This document shows positions 59,839 through 64,000 of a DNA stretch of 64,000 nucleotides, one piece after another. The notes below the pieces were generated by a model, which was given only the letters and a program-made list of their open reading frames with translations, had not been told where the DNA came from and searched no databases. Numbering within the stretch: the stretch's first letter is position 1; each line of letters starts with the position of its first letter. Both the position numbers and the translations under genes were made by a program. The stretch lies in the sequence record NZ_CP015284.1; one strand, given 5' to 3'. Source of the DNA: a plasmid.

Positions 59839-60261
59839 CTATTTATACTTCCTTCCTAAACGTTCTGCAGCCTTATCCATTAAGTAGCGACGGTTTTTCG
59901 AGCCATCATCTCTCAACTCTGGGTAACAGTTCTTATCAATTGGATAATAACGTTTCTTTGTCCGACGGTGTGCATGAATAAATTCCCAGAACTTATTTCC
60001 ACCAGACGAAGAAGGGATCATCCAATAAATCGTTAAAGTCATTGTACAGAGTAAATTGATTAGGAACTTCAACTCTTGCCCTCTAGGGAAAAATATATCC
60101 CTGAATTGTAGTGGAAAAACAAAACTCCCTACTATAATGAAGGCTTTCATTACCGGAACACCGTAGTACTTTACCTGCGTGTAAAGACCACGAGGCAGTC
60201 CCCAGTTCCCCTCTTGTTGTTGATTTTCTTCTTGATTCATCCAGTACCTCCTAGAAGTCAA
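59839..60261 (-). CDS. small membrane protein (VirB3-like candidate, 140 aa)
   Basis: Hydrophobic helices. It sits at the start of the ATPase/membrane gene block. Confidence 0.35.
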   Translation of the reverse strand: MTSRRYWMNQEENQQQEGNWGLPRGLYTQVKYYGVPVMKAFIIVGSFVFPLQFRDIFFPRGQELKFLINLLCTMTLTIYWMIPSSSGGNKFWEFIHAHRRTKKRYYPIDKNCYPELRDDGSKNRRYLMDKAAERLGRKYK

Positions 60262-60649
60262 TATCCATCATTGGTTGAATATTACTTTCAAAATAAAGGA
60301 AATAACGGAATTTCTCAGTCAAAAGCTCCACTTGATCCCTCTGAATACAAATAGAACCTTTCTCTCCAAAATCAATATCCAAAAGGTCCGTACATTCAAT
60401 ACGGCATTGGTTTAAGTGTGTCTTAACTACCTCAATGGATGTTTCAGAGTCATGATGTACGTTACTTGAGACAAAACTACGAAAGTTCTTCCAACCAACT
60501 TCTTTATCAATGATTTGATGTAGGCGTTCTAAACCGTCTGCCCATTTCCCTCTAAAAATTTGAAGGGGTTCATTCATAGCGTTACCTCGCTGATATTTCA
60601 TCAATAGGCAGTCCTGGTTAAGTAAATAGCGTTGTTCGTCAATTGTCAT
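60251..60649 (-). CDS. hypothetical cytoplasmic protein (132 aa)
   Basis: ORF overlapping its neighbours. Confidence 0.4.
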   Translation of the reverse strand: MTIDEQRYLLNQDCLLMKYQRGNAMNEPLQIFRGKWADGLERLHQIIDKEVGWKNFRSFVSSNVHHDSETSIEVVKTHLNQCRIECTDLLDIDFGEKGSICIQRDQVELLTEKFRYFLYFESNIQPMMDIDF

Positions 60650-60684
60650 AATCGTTAATAAAGTCCTTTCTTTCCTTTTTATAT

Positions 60685-61818
60685 TTATTCCCCAATATCT
60701 TGTTTTACTGAGCGCACTGGTGAATTAAACTTGTAGGTACCATTCTTAACTGCTTTGATATTCTTTTCAATCTGTTCAATGATTGTCTGAACATAAGCAG
60801 CATTTTCACGCGCTTTCGCTCCGTCCTTCTCTTTAGAGTCCATACTTTTCTCGATAGCTTCCATATCACTCTGCTTATCGGTTAACTCGTTACCGACCAA
60901 GTATTCTGACTCACGCTTCAACTGCTCCAATGTCTTAGTATCTTCCTTGACACTGTCATCAAGTGTTTTTGCAGAAGCCAAGAGTTCTTTTCGTTGACCT
61001 TTTTGATATTTCAACTCCTCTTCAAAAATATTGAGGGCAAACTTCTCACGAGACAAATTCTTGACATATTTGTTTTTGAGAAGTTCATTTTGAGGAGTTA
61101 CAAAGAAATCAACGTAGTTCTTATTCCCTTCCTTATCTTTTTGTTTATTCTGCTTAGAAACTGAAGCGTCATTAGAACTTGATGATAAGTAGTCATTGTA
61201 TTCTTGAACGTCAATCTTGAGACTGTTTGAGTTCGGTGTCTTATTTGTCGCACGAATAACCATGAGCGTATAATCTGAAGGCACATTACGCATGACCAGA
61301 TACACCTTATCTCCGGTTAACGGAATGACTTCTAAGGTCACTGCTTCAGGATTCTTAACACTACTTGGCAAGAAAACCTGCCAATCAAGATTTTCAGTAT
61401 TAATCCCTTTTTTAATAGCACTAGTAGCATCTGATGTTGTTAACTCCATAACGACCAACCCATTTGAAGAAGAGTAAGTCATAGAGGTTGCTGTGATGCT
61501 TCCAAGGCCATTACCAAATGATTGTGCTGCCTGCAGTTGTGACTCTAAGTAAGTAACTCGGGTTGGAGAGAAATAAGCAGTTGTAGCTGTCCAGACCATA
61601 GTTCCCAGTAATGCATAGCTAATGATTAACGTTCGTTTTAACCGATGTCGCCTCAAGTAAGAAAGAACTCTGTTACTCTCCCAGAAGGACTTGATCCTAT
61701 TTGCTGCTCTAATCGGAAAATACCGCCAACCTTCCAGCTCTTCGAGCCCCTGTGTATTTTCATAATCTTTAAATTCTACCATGAAGCCATGATAGGCTAT
61801 TTTATATAGGTGTCGCAA
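60685..61818 (-). CDS. bitopic membrane protein (N-terminal TM plus a large extracellular domain, 377 aa); VirB8/TcpC-like candidate
   Basis: TM segment TLIISYALLGTMVWTATTAYF, then a soluble domain. Confidence 0.4.
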   Translation of the reverse strand: MRHLYKIAYHGFMVEFKDYENTQGLEELEGWRYFPIRAANRIKSFWESNRVLSYLRRHRLKRTLIISYALLGTMVWTATTAYFSPTRVTYLESQLQAAQSFGNGLGSITATSMTYSSSNGLVVMELTTSDATSAIKKGINTENLDWQVFLPSSVKNPEAVTLEVIPLTGDKVYLVMRNVPSDYTLMVIRATNKTPNSNSLKIDVQEYNDYLSSSSNDASVSKQNKQKDKEGNKNYVDFFVTPQNELLKNKYVKNLSREKFALNIFEEELKYQKGQRKELLASAKTLDDSVKEDTKTLEQLKRESEYLVGNELTDKQSDMEAIEKSMDSKEKDGAKARENAAYVQTIIEQIEKNIKAVKNGTYKFNSPVRSVKQDIGE

Positions 61819-62493
61819 CCTAGTGACATAGGTTGACTTTCGAGCTTATTCTGGTTTCCTAGCATTGAAATAACCCCTTTAATAAGCTATACTAAAAATG
61901 TGTTTAGGAGTATTCCTAAACACAGTCATTGTTTTCCCCTTCGGGGAATTTTATGGAGAGGTTGCTTTTCTCCTTCTTCTCCATTTCTTCTTTTTCATAA
62001 AACGTCATTGTTTTTTGAAAATATTGTTGTTGTGACCATTGGAACTTCCTGTTGTTCCGATGGTTTTTTCTTGTCTAAATGAGGTCCTTTGACAACAAAA
62101 AAGAGGCAGCCCTCAATGGACTACCTCTCTTCCCAAGAGAAATTTCTCTGGAGAAGAAAAACAATGACTATTTTTAGTTTAACAGCGAGGGGAGAAACCT
62201 CATAACACTAAAAACAGAAAGGATAGTTATGCTTTGGGGGAGGTCCCTGATTCATAACTAATAGAAGTTAATAGATTATGTTAGATACGAGAGGAGAAAT
62301 CTCGTCTAACCTTACAACAATGGTTGGGTTAAGGAGAGGGGAGAAACCTCATTCCTGAACCTTGATATAAGTATATCATAATAGGTCTTGTATTCGAAGC
62401 TCAGAGGACCCTTTATTTCACTTTTTTATATTTTTTTAACCTCCTATAATCACGCTATTATTAACTGACATCATTCTAAAAAAATAATTCAGG

Positions 62494-62676
62494 CTATTCT
62501 CCAGATGCTGATGAAACTAGTAGGTTTTGTCTTTCATTACATGGGATATTTACTTTCACCCCTAAAGCTTCAACTTGTCCACCTTTATAAATAAAGCAAT
62601 ATCCTAATCCTGCAAACAGAAAGATACATAGTCTTCCACTAGATGTATTTAAAAAATTATAAAAGTCTTTATCCAT
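62494..62676 (-). CDS. small membrane protein (60 aa) with a strong RBS
   Basis: AAGGAGA lies 6 nt upstream of the ATG. Hydrophobic stretch LCIFLFAGLGYCFIY. Confidence 0.45.
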   Translation of the reverse strand: MDKDFYNFLNTSSGRLCIFLFAGLGYCFIYKGGQVEALGVKVNIPCNERQNLLVSSASGE

Positions 62677-62690
62677 ATTAATCTCCTTAT

Positions 62691-63356
62691 CTATGTTAGT
62701 TTATTACTAATTTTACCTATTACAAATCCTACTGATAGAAGACAACCTCCCCAAATAATCTTTTGAAAGATTTTTGATTCCTCTTGATTATTGTTCTGCT
62801 CTTCAACCTGCTCCTCTGGCGTTTTTTGTTCTATAACTAATGTGTTTAGATTGGTTTCAAAACCTGTCTTTCCTTTATTGAGTTGTCCCAAATTATCAAT
62901 AAAACAAACCATGATTTTCTTTCCTTTACAGGAATATAATTTGTTCAATTTATAAGCATCGACACTCAAATTTTTATCATTCGTTATTAGTAACTGTGAA
63001 TGCTTTGACTTATCTTTGGTAATTCTAGATAACAATTCTGAGTCAGCAAAAGCCGAACTAACCTCTGACTGTTTTAAATCCTTATCTTCAAATATAAATA
63101 AATTACTGTAGTTCTTGAAAAGCAGAATCACAGATTTCGCTTTCTCTTGTTTTTCAATATTCTTTGAACTCAAATGCCTAACAATTTCTAAACATACTTC
63201 TCGGGTAACAATTATTTTCTTATTTAGAGCCTCAAAAATATCTTGATATTGCACTAAAAACCTGCCCAATTCTGTATCATTCATTAGCGATGAGGTATCA
63301 ATATATATCTTCTCATTAAGAGCCAACAAATCTTCTACATATTCTCTATTTGTCAT
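62691..63356 (-). CDS. hypothetical protein with a C-terminal TM anchor (221 aa)
   Basis: ORF followed by a terminator-like hairpin at ~63418-63445 upstream. No family recognised. Confidence 0.45.
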   Translation of the reverse strand: MTNREYVEDLLALNEKIYIDTSSLMNDTELGRFLVQYQDIFEALNKKIIVTREVCLEIVRHLSSKNIEKQEKAKSVILLFKNYSNLFIFEDKDLKQSEVSSAFADSELLSRITKDKSKHSQLLITNDKNLSVDAYKLNKLYSCKGKKIMVCFIDNLGQLNKGKTGFETNLNTLVIEQKTPEEQVEEQNNNQEESKIFQKIIWGGCLLSVGFVIGKISNKLT

Positions 63357-63444
63357 TTAGAAAACCTCCTATTACTTATATCTAAATTCTAAACTAAGCG
63401 GAATGTTATTGAAAATAAAAACGGGACTTTTTAGTCCCGTTTTA

Positions 63445-63891
63445 TTAAATAAAGTCTTCGATACTCAAATCTCTTAGGTTTGGATGTTTCAACTTTAGGC
63501 GACATATTTCTTCTAAATTATCTATACCCAACTCAAAAGCTAATTTTAGTTCAGATTCGTCAATATTCACTGTCTTGTTTTTATATTTTACTATGGCTTC
63601 ATTTTTAGTTGGTTCAAACCAAGTCCTTTCATGATAGCCTAAAAAAGTGCCTATCGGTAACCCATCATCTAAACCATACTTTTCAGCAAATGGGTCATAT
63701 CCTTTATATACTTTCCATTTTTTAGTTTTTACTACACAACCAAATTCGTTTGATACATTGTAATATTCATATATACGCCATTGATCTTCTCCAGAAAAAT
63801 AATCATCATAGGAACGAATAAATTGCTTTTTATCAATTAAGCTATTTTTCAAATTATCTAAATAATTCTTCATGGATTTAAATTCCTGCAA
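63445..63891 (-). CDS. hypothetical protein (148 aa)
   Basis: ORF only. Confidence 0.4.
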   Translation of the reverse strand: MQEFKSMKNYLDNLKNSLIDKKQFIRSYDDYFSGEDQWRIYEYYNVSNEFGCVVKTKKWKVYKGYDPFAEKYGLDDGLPIGTFLGYHERTWFEPTKNEAIVKYKNKTVNIDESELKLAFELGIDNLEEICRLKLKHPNLRDLSIEDFI

Positions 63892-64000
63892 ATAGAACCA
63901 TTCAACATCACTATCCCACTGTTTACTTTTACAGTAGTTCTTTAGTTCTTCTAAAGTGGTTAACCTTGGATAATCTCTTTCTTCTTTCTTTTTATTTCGA

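Noticed and set aside
1-64000. CRISPR arrays, rRNA or tRNA genes
   Set aside because: No regularly spaced short direct repeats with unique spacers, and no cloverleaf or rRNA-like conserved blocks, were seen on reading the sequence.

Overview
The window looks like low-GC Firmicute DNA, most likely streptococcal. The evidence is an XerS-type recombinase gene, ISL3/IS1193-like, IS30-family and IS110-family elements, and YSIRK/LPXTG surface proteins. The first ~22 kb is an IS-riddled accessory region. It carries an intact IS30 transposase, an IS110 transposase, a frameshifted ISL3 copy, an intact ISL3 copy and a degenerate IS30. Interleaved with these is a duplicated locus of tandem small-peptide genes, one copy of which sits next to an ABC exporter. 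The region also holds a membrane-protein/XRE regulator/lipoprotein module, a 34-aa holin-like toxin ORF that the ORF track missed, a SAM-dependent methyltransferase, and a CI/Cro-like switch followed by six unrecognisable genes. It ends at xerS with a dif-like site just upstream. From about 24.9 kb to the window end, on the minus strand, is what looks like an integrated conjugative element (ICE). Its cargo and machinery include a UmuC/YolD-like pair, three YSIRK/LPXTG wall-anchored proteins arranged like PrgA/PrgB/PrgC, topoisomerase III, and an MmeI-family type IIL restriction-modification enzyme. The transfer genes include an M23 cell-wall hydrolase, a VirB6-like polytopic membrane protein, a VirB4-like protein with degenerate ATPase motifs, a pilin-like protein, and a ClpA/B-type double AAA+ ATPase. 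No relaxase or coupling protein is visible, and the ICE probably continues past 64000. No rRNA, tRNA or CRISPR array was recognised. Several intergenic regions carry clear structure: hairpins, attenuator-like leaders and covarying stem-loops.
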